A DNA stretch of 64,000 bases, from the NCBI GenBank assembly GCA_007378955.1, contig VMGY01000007.1:8644-72643 (forward strand). The letters are read 5' to 3'. The notes beneath the pieces were generated by a model, which saw nothing but the letters and a program-made list of their open reading frames with translations, searched no databases and had not been told where the DNA came from. The translations under genes were made by a program, and so were the position numbers. This stretch comes from Parcubacteria group bacterium Athens0714_12 (GTDB lineage: Bacteria; Patescibacteriota; Patescibacteriia; UBA2591; VMGY01). Numbering within the stretch: position 1 is the first letter of the stretch; each line of letters opens with the position of its first letter. Below, one piece after another: positions 56,587 through 64,000 of the stretch.

Positions 56587-57135
56587 TTATTTTTTTCCAA
56601 TTAAGGCGATTAGCTTGTTTCCCTGCTTGCTTATCGGCTGTTCAATATTTATTTCTCCCAATTCTTTGATAAAATTTTCAACGATTACTCTCGCTATGTC
56701 AAAGCGGCTTTTCTCTCTTCCTCTTAAAATCATTTCTATTTTTACCTTATTGCCTTGCCCCAAAAATTTTTTTGATTGATTTAATTTTAATTGTATATCT
56801 CCTTTTCCGATTTTAAAACTCAGTCTGATTCCTTTTATTTTTATTTTTTCCTGTTTTGTTTTTTGTTTCTGCTCTTTTTTCTTTATTTCGTATTTAAATT
56901 GTCCAAAATTTAAAAGTTTTGCTACCGGAGGCGCGGCTTTGGGCGAGATTTCCACTAAGTCAAATCCTTTTTCTTTCGCCATATTTAAAGCTTCGGAGAT
57001 GGAGACAATGCCAAGATAGCTTCCTTTTTCGTCTATTAGGCGGACTTGAGGAACTCTAATTTGATTGTTAATTCGATAACGTTGTTGAATATTTTTTAAA
57101 TTAAAAATAAGATGGCTTGCCGTCCGAAGCCCCAA
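56587..57135 (-). CDS. infC: translation initiation factor IF-3; true start probably an atypical codon downstream of the track's ATG
   Basis: IRVPQVRLIDEKGSYLGIVSISEALNMAKEKGFDLVEISP typical of IF-3. Confidence 0.85.
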   Translation of the reverse strand: MGLRTASHLIFNLKNIQQRYRINNQIRVPQVRLIDEKGSYLGIVSISEALNMAKEKGFDLVEISPKAAPPVAKLLNFGQFKYEIKKKEQKQKTKQEKIKIKGIRLSFKIGKGDIQLKLNQSKKFLGQGNKVKIEMILRGREKSRFDIARVIVENFIKELGEINIEQPISKQGNKLIALIGKK

Positions 57136-57157
57136 GTGATAGCTTAGGGGCGAAGGA

Positions 57158-57503
57158 TGGTGGAGATGATGGGAATTTAACCCATATCCAAAAAAGAGAG
57201 AGAAAAACTTCTACCAACGTAGTTTGATTTAAGTTTTCGGATTAGAAGTAGAAATCAAACAAAAATTCTTTCCAATCCAAACCTATTTTATTTCAGCAGC
57301 TTAAATTAGGTTTTTTAAGTTGCCTAATCCTATAAATATAATATCTAATTTCTTAATAGGAATAGGAAATTAAACAGCGACTTGCTTTACGCAGTCGCGT
57401 ATGCATAAGCGTTGTTTTTGGCACTTATGTTTTTAGCGGCTTTACGAACCGCCCAACGATTGGCCATTTTTGCCTCTGTTTTTTGTCGATTTAGATCATC
57501 CCC
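57158..57503 (-). ncRNA. ssrA: tmRNA (SsrA); predicted tag peptide (A)KNNAYAYATA* (tentative)
   Basis: 5' end GGGGATGATCTAAATCGAC, tRNA-like 3' end ...GGGTTAAATTCCCATCATCTCCACCA pairing with the 5' end, internal ORF GCC AAA AAC AAC GCT TAT GCA TAC GCG ACT GCG TAA; adjacent to smpB. Confidence 0.75.
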
Positions 57504-57510
57504 GCGTAAA

Positions 57511-57548
57511 TAACTTATAACTAATAACCTATAACTAACAATTTATAC
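57511..57548 (-). repeat. GTTATAAGTT-type short tandem motif (reverse orientation) between smpB and tmRNA
   Basis: taacttataactaataacctataactaacaatt. Confidence 0.55.
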
Positions 57549-57998
57549 TTAAAATTGTTTCATTTTTTGTTTTATTTTTTTGTCTAAATCTCGTTTTTTA
57601 ATGAACTCTTTTTTATTCCACTTTTTTCTGCCCTTGGCTAAGCCGATTTCAATCTTTATCAGTCCGTTTTTAGTATATACTTTTAAAGGCAGGGCTGTCA
57701 AGCCTTTCTGTTGCAGACTGCCGATTAAAGAAGCGATTTCCCGTTTATGAAGCAGGAGCTTTTTGTTTTTTAGCGGATTGTAATTTTTTTGAGCCGTAAA
57801 AGCCGGCGGGTAAGGCGCGATATGGCACTTAATGAGCCAAGCTTCGCGCCCAATAAGTTCAACATAACTGCCTTGAAGGTTTATTCCGCTCATTTTGGCG
57901 GATTTAACCTCTGGTCCGGAAAGAACCAGCCCGGCCTCATATTTTTTTAAGATTTCGTAATCAAAATAAGCTCGCTTGTTTTCAGCTAAAATAGGCAT
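57549..57998 (-). CDS. smpB: SsrA-binding protein SmpB
   Basis: MPILAENKRAYFDYEILKKYEAGLVLSGPEVKS typical SmpB N-terminus; start set at ATG 57998 (the track's ORF extends to 58106 through repeat DNA). Confidence 0.88.
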   Translation of the reverse strand: MPILAENKRAYFDYEILKKYEAGLVLSGPEVKSAKMSGINLQGSYVELIGREAWLIKCHIAPYPPAFTAQKNYNPLKNKKLLLHKREIASLIGSLQQKGLTALPLKVYTKNGLIKIEIGLAKGRKKWNKKEFIKKRDLDKKIKQKMKQF

Positions 57999-58101
57999 AA
58001 TTTTTATAAATTTTTTGAATCGCGAAACATTTAAAATCAATCTGTCATCGCGAGGAGCTTCCGGATTGCTTCCTGCCTCACCCCAGCGCAGGCGTTTCGT
58101 T

Positions 58102-58195
58102 CGCAATGACAGGGTAAAAGATTGTCATTGCGAGGAGCCCAGCAGGGCGACGCGGCAATCCCGTTCGTTAAGCCGCGGGATTGCTTCGGCTGACG
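58102..58195. repeat. left copy of a perfect 94-bp inverted repeat (partner 62037-62130), itself built of two hairpins (cgcaatgaca...tgtcattgcg and gcaatcccg...cgggattgc)
   Basis: 94/94 identity with the reverse complement of 62037-62130, verified base by base; related partial units at 58021-58101, 48637-48717 and 63937-64000. Confidence 0.9.
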
Positions 58196-58307
58196 GTATT
58201 TAGTATTTCGGATTTATTCCCATTATACCATCTTGCTTTGATTTTTAAAATTAGTTATTATAAAGGTATAGCATGATTCGTTTTAATTCATAATAATTCG
58301 CGAATTT

Positions 58308-59450
58308 ATGAAAATAGGAATTGATTGTCGGACAATTTTAAACCCTGAAAAAGGAGAAAGAGGCGGAGTGGGGCATTATACATATCAATTAGTCAGACAT
58401 TTGCTTAAAATTGATAAAGAAAATCAATACGTTCTTTTTTTTGACCGAAAAATAAGAGAACATAAAATGGCCAAGTTCCTCCAGCCCAATTCGCGGGTTA
58501 AATTTTTTCCCTTTATTCAATACGCTAAATTCTTGCCTCTCAAATATAATAATTATTTAATCAGCGCTGTTTTAGAGAGCGAGAAATTGGATATATTTCA
58601 TTCCCCGATTTTGTCGCTTCCTTCAAGTTATAAAGGCAATTGCGTGATTACCGCCCATGGCTTCGCCAGATACAGGGGTTTGAAATATTTTCCCAAAGAA
58701 GAATTTTCCAAAGCTAAAAAAATAAAGCCCTTGGCGATAAATCAAGCAAAGAAAATAATCGCTCCTTCTAAATTCGTCCAAAAAGAATTGCTTGAATTAT
58801 TTGATTTTAAAAAATCCGATATCTCAGTGATTCATCATGGCTTGGATGAAAGATTTCTCGTAAGGGGATCTGAAGCGGAAAGAAAAAAAATATTGGATAA
58901 GTATAAAATTAGTAAAAAATATATATTTTTTCTGGGCACTTTAGAGGCTCGCAAAAATATCGCTGGTTTGATTGAAACTTTTGAATTTTTAAGAGAAGAG
59001 TTGAAATTGGACTGGCAATTGGTTTTGGCCGGCCACCGAGGATTTGGGTTTAAAAATATTGATAACAGGATTAAAAAAAGCAAGCATAAAAAGAATATTA
59101 TTTTAACCGGTTATGTTTCCGGCGATGATTTAGACGCTTTATTCGGTGAGGCAGAGGTTTACATTTTCCCTTCTTTTTATGAAGGTTTTGGTTTGAGCGT
59201 TATTGAAGCGATGGCAAAGGGAGCGCCAATAATTACTTCCAATACCACCGCTTTTCCGGAGATTGCCCATAATGCCGCTTTATTAGTCAGTCCCGATAAT
59301 TCCAAGGAAATGAAAGAAGCGTTAAAAAGAATTTTATTTGATGAAGATTTAAAACAAAATTTAAAAAATAAAGGGATAAAGAGGGCTAAGGAATTTTCTT
59401 GGGATAAATGCGCTAAGCAGACTTTACAAGTTTATAAAGAATCTTTATAA
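58308..59450 (+). CDS. glycosyltransferase family 4 (GT-B fold, group 1)
   Basis: C-terminal EGFGLSVIEAMAKGAPII motif. Confidence 0.8.
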   Translation: MKIGIDCRTILNPEKGERGGVGHYTYQLVRHLLKIDKENQYVLFFDRKIREHKMAKFLQPNSRVKFFPFIQYAKFLPLKYNNYLISAVLESEKLDIFHSPILSLPSSYKGNCVITAHGFARYRGLKYFPKEEFSKAKKIKPLAINQAKKIIAPSKFVQKELLELFDFKKSDISVIHHGLDERFLVRGSEAERKKILDKYKISKKYIFFLGTLEARKNIAGLIETFEFLREELKLDWQLVLAGHRGFGFKNIDNRIKKSKHKKNIILTGYVSGDDLDALFGEAEVYIFPSFYEGFGLSVIEAMAKGAPIITSNTTAFPEIAHNAALLVSPDNSKEMKEALKRILFDEDLKQNLKNKGIKRAKEFSWDKCAKQTLQVYKESL

Positions 59451-59550
59451 TAATTTTAAGCAGCATTCGCGCTCAGTAAAAATTTTATTAATTTAATTTA
59501 TAATTTATTTACGCGAAATTAAAATCTCGCGTAAAACAAAGGAGATAATT

Positions 59551-60093
59551 ATGCCGATTAGAAAATCTTCCGTGGATGAAAGAGAAAAAATATTAAATCT
59601 CGTTCATCGGGCGGAAAAAGAAGAAGCGAGTGTTCCCTTTATGCCCGCGGCTAAAAAAAGGTCGAATGGTTTTTTAAAAACATTGGCAATTGTCGCGATG
59701 TTGATATTGGTTGTTTTTATTATTATTTATGGCGTTTCAAAATATACCAAAACAGACTTTTTAAAATTAGGAAACTTAGGAAAGCAGACAGGCGAAACAT
59801 GGCAAGCTGTTTTTTTAAGCAACGGGCAAGTCTATTTTGGGCACATAACCAAACGAACCAAAGAAGAAATAACTTTGAAGGATATTTATTATTTGCAGGT
59901 TAACAAGCAAATTCAACCCAGTGAAGAAAACCAAGATATCCAGCCAGAGTTGAGTTTAGTGAAATTGGGAAATGAATTGCACGGCCCGGTGGATGAAATG
60001 AAAATTAATCGTTTCCATATTTTATTTACCGAAGGATTAAAAGATGATTCGCGAGTGGTCGGCGCTATTAAAGATTATAACACGAAAAAATAA
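59551..60093 (+). CDS. hypothetical bitopic membrane protein
   Basis: 180 aa, single TM helix (residues about 42-62). Confidence 0.45.
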   Translation: MPIRKSSVDEREKILNLVHRAEKEEASVPFMPAAKKRSNGFLKTLAIVAMLILVVFIIIYGVSKYTKTDFLKLGNLGKQTGETWQAVFLSNGQVYFGHITKRTKEEITLKDIYYLQVNKQIQPSEENQDIQPELSLVKLGNELHGPVDEMKINRFHILFTEGLKDDSRVVGAIKDYNTKK

Positions 60094-60249
60094 AAGCCTG
60101 CTTTTTCAGTAAAAATTATCCCATCATTTAATAAAAAAATGATGGGATTTTGTTTTGAAAATTTATTCACGTAAAAAATAAATCACCATTATTTTTTGAA
60201 ATTAATTTTTTGCTGTGGATAACTCAATTTATTTTTTTAAAGCAATATT

Positions 60250-60278
60250 CCCGTATCGCTCAGCCGATACGGTTTTTT
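60250..60278 (+). terminator. rho-independent terminator (ccgtatcg ctcagc cgatacgg + T6)
   Basis: 8-bp stem plus T-run. Confidence 0.65.
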
Positions 60279-60446
60279 CGCTTAAAATAAGGGTTTTTTA
60301 CTCTTTTATTTTTTTTTAGATGATTTTTTCATTTCTCGTTTTTTTATTCTTTTTCCATATGGTAAAAGAACATTTTTTGTTTTATAATAAAGATAAGGAA
60401 AATAATAGAATAAAAGATTAAAAAATAACAATATCGCTTATCCGAT

Positions 60447-62018
60447 ATGGAAGAAAATAAAAGAAAAAACAATTCAAAAAATTTTTATTTTAAAACCTTG
60501 AAAGAAGAGGAAATTTTAACATTGAGAGATTTCCAAGGTGATAGAAATAAGCGTATTTTATTGTCCGAAATTTACCGATACACCCCTTACTCCCAAGAGT
60601 ACCTTTCTTTGAGGGCGAGGCAGGGAAAATTGAAAGCGGTTAAACTGGGAAGGGATTGGATGACCACGGTTAATTGGATGAGGGATTATTTGGACGGAGT
60701 TGATAATAATAAAAATATTGATAGCAAAACGCGGAGCGATAAAAAAATAGTTTTTCCATCTTTCAATAAAGTTTTTTTAGGGTATGGCGTTTTGGCGTTA
60801 ATCGTTTTTTGCCTCGTCTCTTACTCGGCGTTTTATTGGCGAAATTGGGCGCCGCAAGTAAAAAATAATTTTTTATCTTTGAGTTCGGCGGCGGAAAGAA
60901 ATTTTACGGACATATCAAAAATTTTTAAATCCGATTATCGCGATAAAACTGAAAAAATAGGAATGATGATTGTTGGCTCTTTAAAGCCAATGAAAAAATT
61001 TCCAAAAGTTTTATCAGAGGAAAGCGATTTGGCGAAAAATAAAATAATAACATTTAAAAAAAATATATTTTCTTTTTCCCAAAAATTAACAAAAGGAATT
61101 AAAGAAGAAATTAAAAAATCAATCGTAAAAGTAAAAGAAGAAAATTTAAAAGCTCGCTGCGCGGTTTTGCGAGCCGTAAATTTTAACTATAGAAAAATAA
61201 AGCAAATTATGGTTTCCAGCCAAAGAACCATTCGGCAAGTTGGCAATTTTGCGGACAATAGCCGATTAGCGGTTAGGGACAATTTTTTTAAAGCCGCGGC
61301 AAGATTATTTTTTTCTTTGGACAAGAGTTCAGAAATTTTAATTCTTGCCGGTAAAAATGCAAATCAATTTTTGGGAAATGGGACGGCAAATTTAATCTTC
61401 GCGGGCGAAAGAGGAACAAAAAATTTATTTTCCGCGTTAGATAATGGAGCAGAGGTTTTAATTTTTACTGTTGAAAAAGGAAAACAAAGTTTAGATAAAG
61501 GATTGGCAATTTTAGTTTCAATTAGCAGAAGCGGAACAAAAAGTTTGTTTTTCGCTTTAGACAGGGGGTCGGAAAGTTTAATTTCTTTTGGCGGGAATAT
61601 TCGTTGTTCCGTGAATGATAAAGGATATATGATTCAAGGTTCGGTAAAAAAAGGATGGTCAATTTCTAATAGTTTTCTGAGTAGAGCATGGAATAAATTC
61701 AGCGATAAGTTAAGCGATGGCTATTTAACCCTTTTGAATTATTTAATTCCGGAAAGAACTTTATACGGCTATCCTTCGCTGATTGCGAAATCGGAAAATG
61801 GCGGCGCGGCTGAAAACGGTATGGTTATTTTTCCTTTAATGGGGCAGGAGGGCATTTCGCGGAATAAATATCTTTTAGCCAAGATAGAAAAAGCTTTCAG
61901 CGACGAGGTGATATTAAAACCGTCAGAACAAAAAGGAGTGGGAATTGTGGAGCCGACCGAGCCGGCTGTTCCAGGCGAAAAATATCTTTATATGATGGTG
62001 CCGATTAATGAAAAATAA
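60447..62018 (+). CDS. membrane protein with N-terminal excisionase-family (HTH_17-like) DNA-binding domain, one TM helix and a C-terminal region of short tandem peptide repeats
   Basis: YSQEYLSLRARQGKLKAVKLGRDWMTTVNWMRDYL resembles the Xis/AlpA-type HTH; repeats ...GTKNLFSALDNGAEVLIF / GTKSLFFALDRGSESLISF. Confidence 0.45.
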   Translation: MEENKRKNNSKNFYFKTLKEEEILTLRDFQGDRNKRILLSEIYRYTPYSQEYLSLRARQGKLKAVKLGRDWMTTVNWMRDYLDGVDNNKNIDSKTRSDKKIVFPSFNKVFLGYGVLALIVFCLVSYSAFYWRNWAPQVKNNFLSLSSAAERNFTDISKIFKSDYRDKTEKIGMMIVGSLKPMKKFPKVLSEESDLAKNKIITFKKNIFSFSQKLTKGIKEEIKKSIVKVKEENLKARCAVLRAVNFNYRKIKQIMVSSQRTIRQVGNFADNSRLAVRDNFFKAAARLFFSLDKSSEILILAGKNANQFLGNGTANLIFAGERGTKNLFSALDNGAEVLIFTVEKGKQSLDKGLAILVSISRSGTKSLFFALDRGSESLISFGGNIRCSVNDKGYMIQGSVKKGWSISNSFLSRAWNKFSDKLSDGYLTLLNYLIPERTLYGYPSLIAKSENGGAAENGMVIFPLMGQEGISRNKYLLAKIEKAFSDEVILKPSEQKGVGIVEPTEPAVPGEKYLYMMVPINEK

Positions 62019-62036
62019 AATAGTGTCATCGCGAGG

Positions 62037-62130
62037 CGTCAGCCGAAGCAATCCCGCGGCTTAACGAACGGGATTGCCGCGTCGCCCTGCTGGGCTCCTC
62101 GCAATGACAATCTTTTACCCTGTCATTGCG
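62037..62130. repeat. right copy of the perfect 94-bp inverted repeat (partner 58102-58195)
   Basis: See the left copy. Confidence 0.9.
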
Positions 62131-62169
62131 GCAAGAAGCAATCCCGAAGATAAATAATTTATAAAAATA

Positions 62170-63918
62170 ATGAGACAGAAAATATTAGTAATAGTATTAA
62201 TAATTTACCTGCTCTTTCCAATTCATTTAATTTTGGCCGAAATGACCAGCAGTAATTATAAAATAGAAGTTGATTCCCTGAATTTCAGCGGCGCCGAGCT
62301 TGACGCGGGCGATATTTATAAAATGAGTTCTACTTTGGGAGAAGTGGCAGTAGGTTATGGAAGTTCTGGTTACGCGATTTTTTCCGGCTACAGATATATG
62401 GTCAATGTATATTCTAATCCGGTTGAAGAAGCGGGAGCCGTTCCATCGGTTCCCGGGTCGGGACCGTTATCTCCGGAAACCATCCCCCCGCTTATTTCAG
62501 AAATTAAATATTCCAGCCCTGATAGCGAAACTATTATTATTGAATGGGAAACTAACGAGCCGACTACCTCGGAATTGGATTTCGGCCTGACACCGGAATA
62601 TGAATTGGGGAGATTGAAATCAAGGCCGGAAGATTTAACAAAAAAGCATAAAATTATTATTAAAGATTTAAAACCGGACACAAAATATTATTTCCGGCCG
62701 CGGGCGAAAGATTTGCAGGGCAACGAAACTCTAAGTAAAGGATTTATTTACGATACGCCGGATAATATCGCGCCAGCCAATGTAAGCTCTTTAAAAGCAA
62801 GATCAAATGATAAACAAATAACTTTGCGATGGATTAATCCTTTTGATGAAGATTTCGCGGGCGTAAAAATCCAGAGAAGTTTGGAATATTTTCCCTTGTC
62901 CGTTGACGAAGGCGAAACGGTTTATCAGGGCGAGGCAATGAGTTTTATAGATAAATATTTGGAGAACAACAGAAAATATTATTACACGATTTTTAGCTAT
63001 GACGGCAATAATAATTTTTCATCAGGCGCGATTATCAGCGCCGCGCCGCAAAGCCGGTATGTCCCGCCTGTCGCTCCGCCTGAAATTCCGCCAGGAGTCA
63101 TTCCTTCTGAAGTGGTCCCATTTTTACCGCCAGAATTTGCTCCGCCTATTCCGGAAGAAAATATAGAAATTTTGGATTTTAGCGATATTATATCTTTTGA
63201 AATGGCAAAAGGGACATTAAAGATTGAGCCGGATGAAAAAAATAAAATAAAAATTTTGCCTAATGTCGCCTTAAATCTTTTCATCGCCAAAGAAAAATTA
63301 TCGCCTTTTTTGAAAAGCATTATTGCGACTGTCGGGGAATCTTCTTATTTATTAAAAATTAATCAAGAAAAAAGCGTTTATGAAGTTTCCTTTATTACGC
63401 CCGGAAATGTCGGCAAATACGCTTTAAACGCTTTGGTTTTAATTTATAAAGACGGAAAAATTCAAGTGGCAAAAGGCGAGTTGGAAGTGGAAGAACCGGG
63501 TTATGTCTGCCGGCAATCAACGGCCAAAAGACTTCCCGGCGCCGAAGTAACGCTTTATCATTTTAATCAAGAAAAAAACGTTTGGGAAAAATGGCCAGCC
63601 AGCCAATATTTTCAAGTTAATCCGGAAATCACTGACAATAAAGGAGAATATATTTTTATGGTTAACCCCGGTGAATATTATTTAACAGTTTCAAAAGAAG
63701 GATATGATTTTAAAAAAACAGAAATTTTTGAAGCGAAAAATATAATCAATCAAAAAGTCGGTTTAGAGCCAATTCCGTTTTTTTCCAAAATTAAATCATA
63801 TTTTGACTGGCAGCCCATTATTGATTTTTTCGGCAACAGCGCAAGAGTCCTAATCGCGATAATAGTTTTTATAATAATTTTTTTGCTATTTAAATTAATC
63901 CCGTCGTGGAAATCATAA
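62170..63918 (+). CDS. large surface protein: signal peptide, two FN3-like domains, Pro-rich linker, C-terminal Ig/CarboxypepD_reg-like domain and C-terminal TM anchor
   Basis: Domain-like motifs (TIIIEWETNEPTTSELDFGLT...YYFRPRAKD; ITLRWINPFDEDFAGVKIQR...YYYTIFSYDGNNN), PPVAPPEIPP linker, C-terminal hydrophobic helix. Confidence 0.5.
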   Translation: MRQKILVIVLIIYLLFPIHLILAEMTSSNYKIEVDSLNFSGAELDAGDIYKMSSTLGEVAVGYGSSGYAIFSGYRYMVNVYSNPVEEAGAVPSVPGSGPLSPETIPPLISEIKYSSPDSETIIIEWETNEPTTSELDFGLTPEYELGRLKSRPEDLTKKHKIIIKDLKPDTKYYFRPRAKDLQGNETLSKGFIYDTPDNIAPANVSSLKARSNDKQITLRWINPFDEDFAGVKIQRSLEYFPLSVDEGETVYQGEAMSFIDKYLENNRKYYYTIFSYDGNNNFSSGAIISAAPQSRYVPPVAPPEIPPGVIPSEVVPFLPPEFAPPIPEENIEILDFSDIISFEMAKGTLKIEPDEKNKIKILPNVALNLFIAKEKLSPFLKSIIATVGESSYLLKINQEKSVYEVSFITPGNVGKYALNALVLIYKDGKIQVAKGELEVEEPGYVCRQSTAKRLPGAEVTLYHFNQEKNVWEKWPASQYFQVNPEITDNKGEYIFMVNPGEYYLTVSKEGYDFKKTEIFEAKNIINQKVGLEPIPFFSKIKSYFDWQPIIDFFGNSARVLIAIIVFIIIFLLFKLIPSWKS

Positions 63919-63936
63919 AAAAGTTCATTTCCCTGT

Positions 63937-64000
63937 CATTGCGAGCGAGGTCGCCAGTAGGCGGCCGACGAAGCAATCCCGTTGTCTATCGCGTCCCCGC
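63937..64000. repeat. another unit of the GTCATTGCGAG ... GAAGCAATCCC repeat family (runs to the window end)
   Basis: cctgtcattgcgagcgaggtcgccagtaggcggccgacgaagcaatcccg. Confidence 0.6.

Noticed and set aside
57999-58106. N-terminal extension of the smpB ORF (the track's 185-aa version) reaching into the repeat region
   Set aside because: The SmpB consensus N-terminus starts at MPILAENKRAYFDY (ATG at 57998). The extension translates repeat DNA (the GTCATTGCGAG family) and has no counterpart in SmpB proteins.
58102-62130. Calling the 94-bp inverted-repeat segment a recombinase-driven invertible switch or an IS-bounded composite transposon
   Set aside because: No serine or tyrosine recombinase or transposase gene is present in the window, and the repeats belong to a dispersed palindromic repeat family. 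I kept it as a finding with explicit alternative interpretations rather than as an annotated mobile element.
1-64000. Alternative genetic code (UGA-recoded CPR lineages)
   Set aside because: Long conserved genes (ppdK, ligA, pilB, gatA) are intact with standard stops and show no need for in-frame TGA read-through, so code 11 is consistent.

Overview
This window reads as an AT-rich, gene-dense bacterial chromosome segment. Its content looks like a Candidate Phyla Radiation / Patescibacteria-type genome; I infer that from gene repertoire only, without a database search. Standard genetic code 11 appears to hold.

Main blocks, in order:
- (i) A DUF134/DUF5320 regulator pair, then pyruvate phosphate dikinase, a small ferredoxin and a four-subunit pyruvate:ferredoxin oxidoreductase operon (porG-porD-porA-porB). 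Two tiny mobile insertions sit in that operon, exactly at translational-coupling junctions.
- (ii) tRNA-Lys and tRNA-Arg, then pilT (reverse), RNase Y with its YmdB-like phosphoesterase partner, HU, TsaC/Sua5, a PP-loop ATPase and a fused AmmeMemoRadiSam B+A protein.
- (iii) A stand-alone LigD-type 3'-phosphoesterase domain gene interrupted by a 434-aa LAGLIDADG intein. It is followed by tRNA-Gly and a GHKL-ATPase-like / STAS-like gene pair.
- (iv) SpoIID-like protein, an O-antigen-ligase-like membrane protein, a sigma-70 family factor and a PGRP-type amidase with a probably frameshifted C-terminal repeat region. Then tRNA-Ser, CFA synthase, a solute-binding lipoprotein and a tandem array of four TrbC/VirB2-like small membrane proteins.
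- (v) A complete type IV pilus locus (pilM-N-O, pilB, pilC, pilA, pilD, four minor pilins). A pilin-glycosylation-like cassette is inserted between pilA and pilD, and a second small GIY-YIG element lies just upstream of pilM.
- (vi) ligA, gatC, gatA, a thioredoxin-like protein, lgt, tRNA-Asp, rplT-rpmI-infC, tmRNA and smpB.
- (vii) A 3.8-kb segment bounded by a perfect 94-bp inverted repeat (58102-58195 / 62037-62130). It carries a GT4 glycosyltransferase and a membrane protein with an excisionase-like HTH. A large FN3-containing surface protein follows.

The most notable observations:
- Small TIR-bounded elements encode about 105-aa GIY-YIG (YhbQ/COG2827-like) proteins, with a coding-less MITE derivative sharing the same termini. 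They are inserted at TATG sites so that downstream start codons are regenerated.
- An intein in a LigD phosphoesterase-domain gene.
- A perfect 94-bp inverted repeat built from a dispersed GTCATTGCGAG...GAAGCAATCCC palindromic repeat family.
- A GTTGTAAGTT-type short tandem repeat motif next to stable RNA genes.
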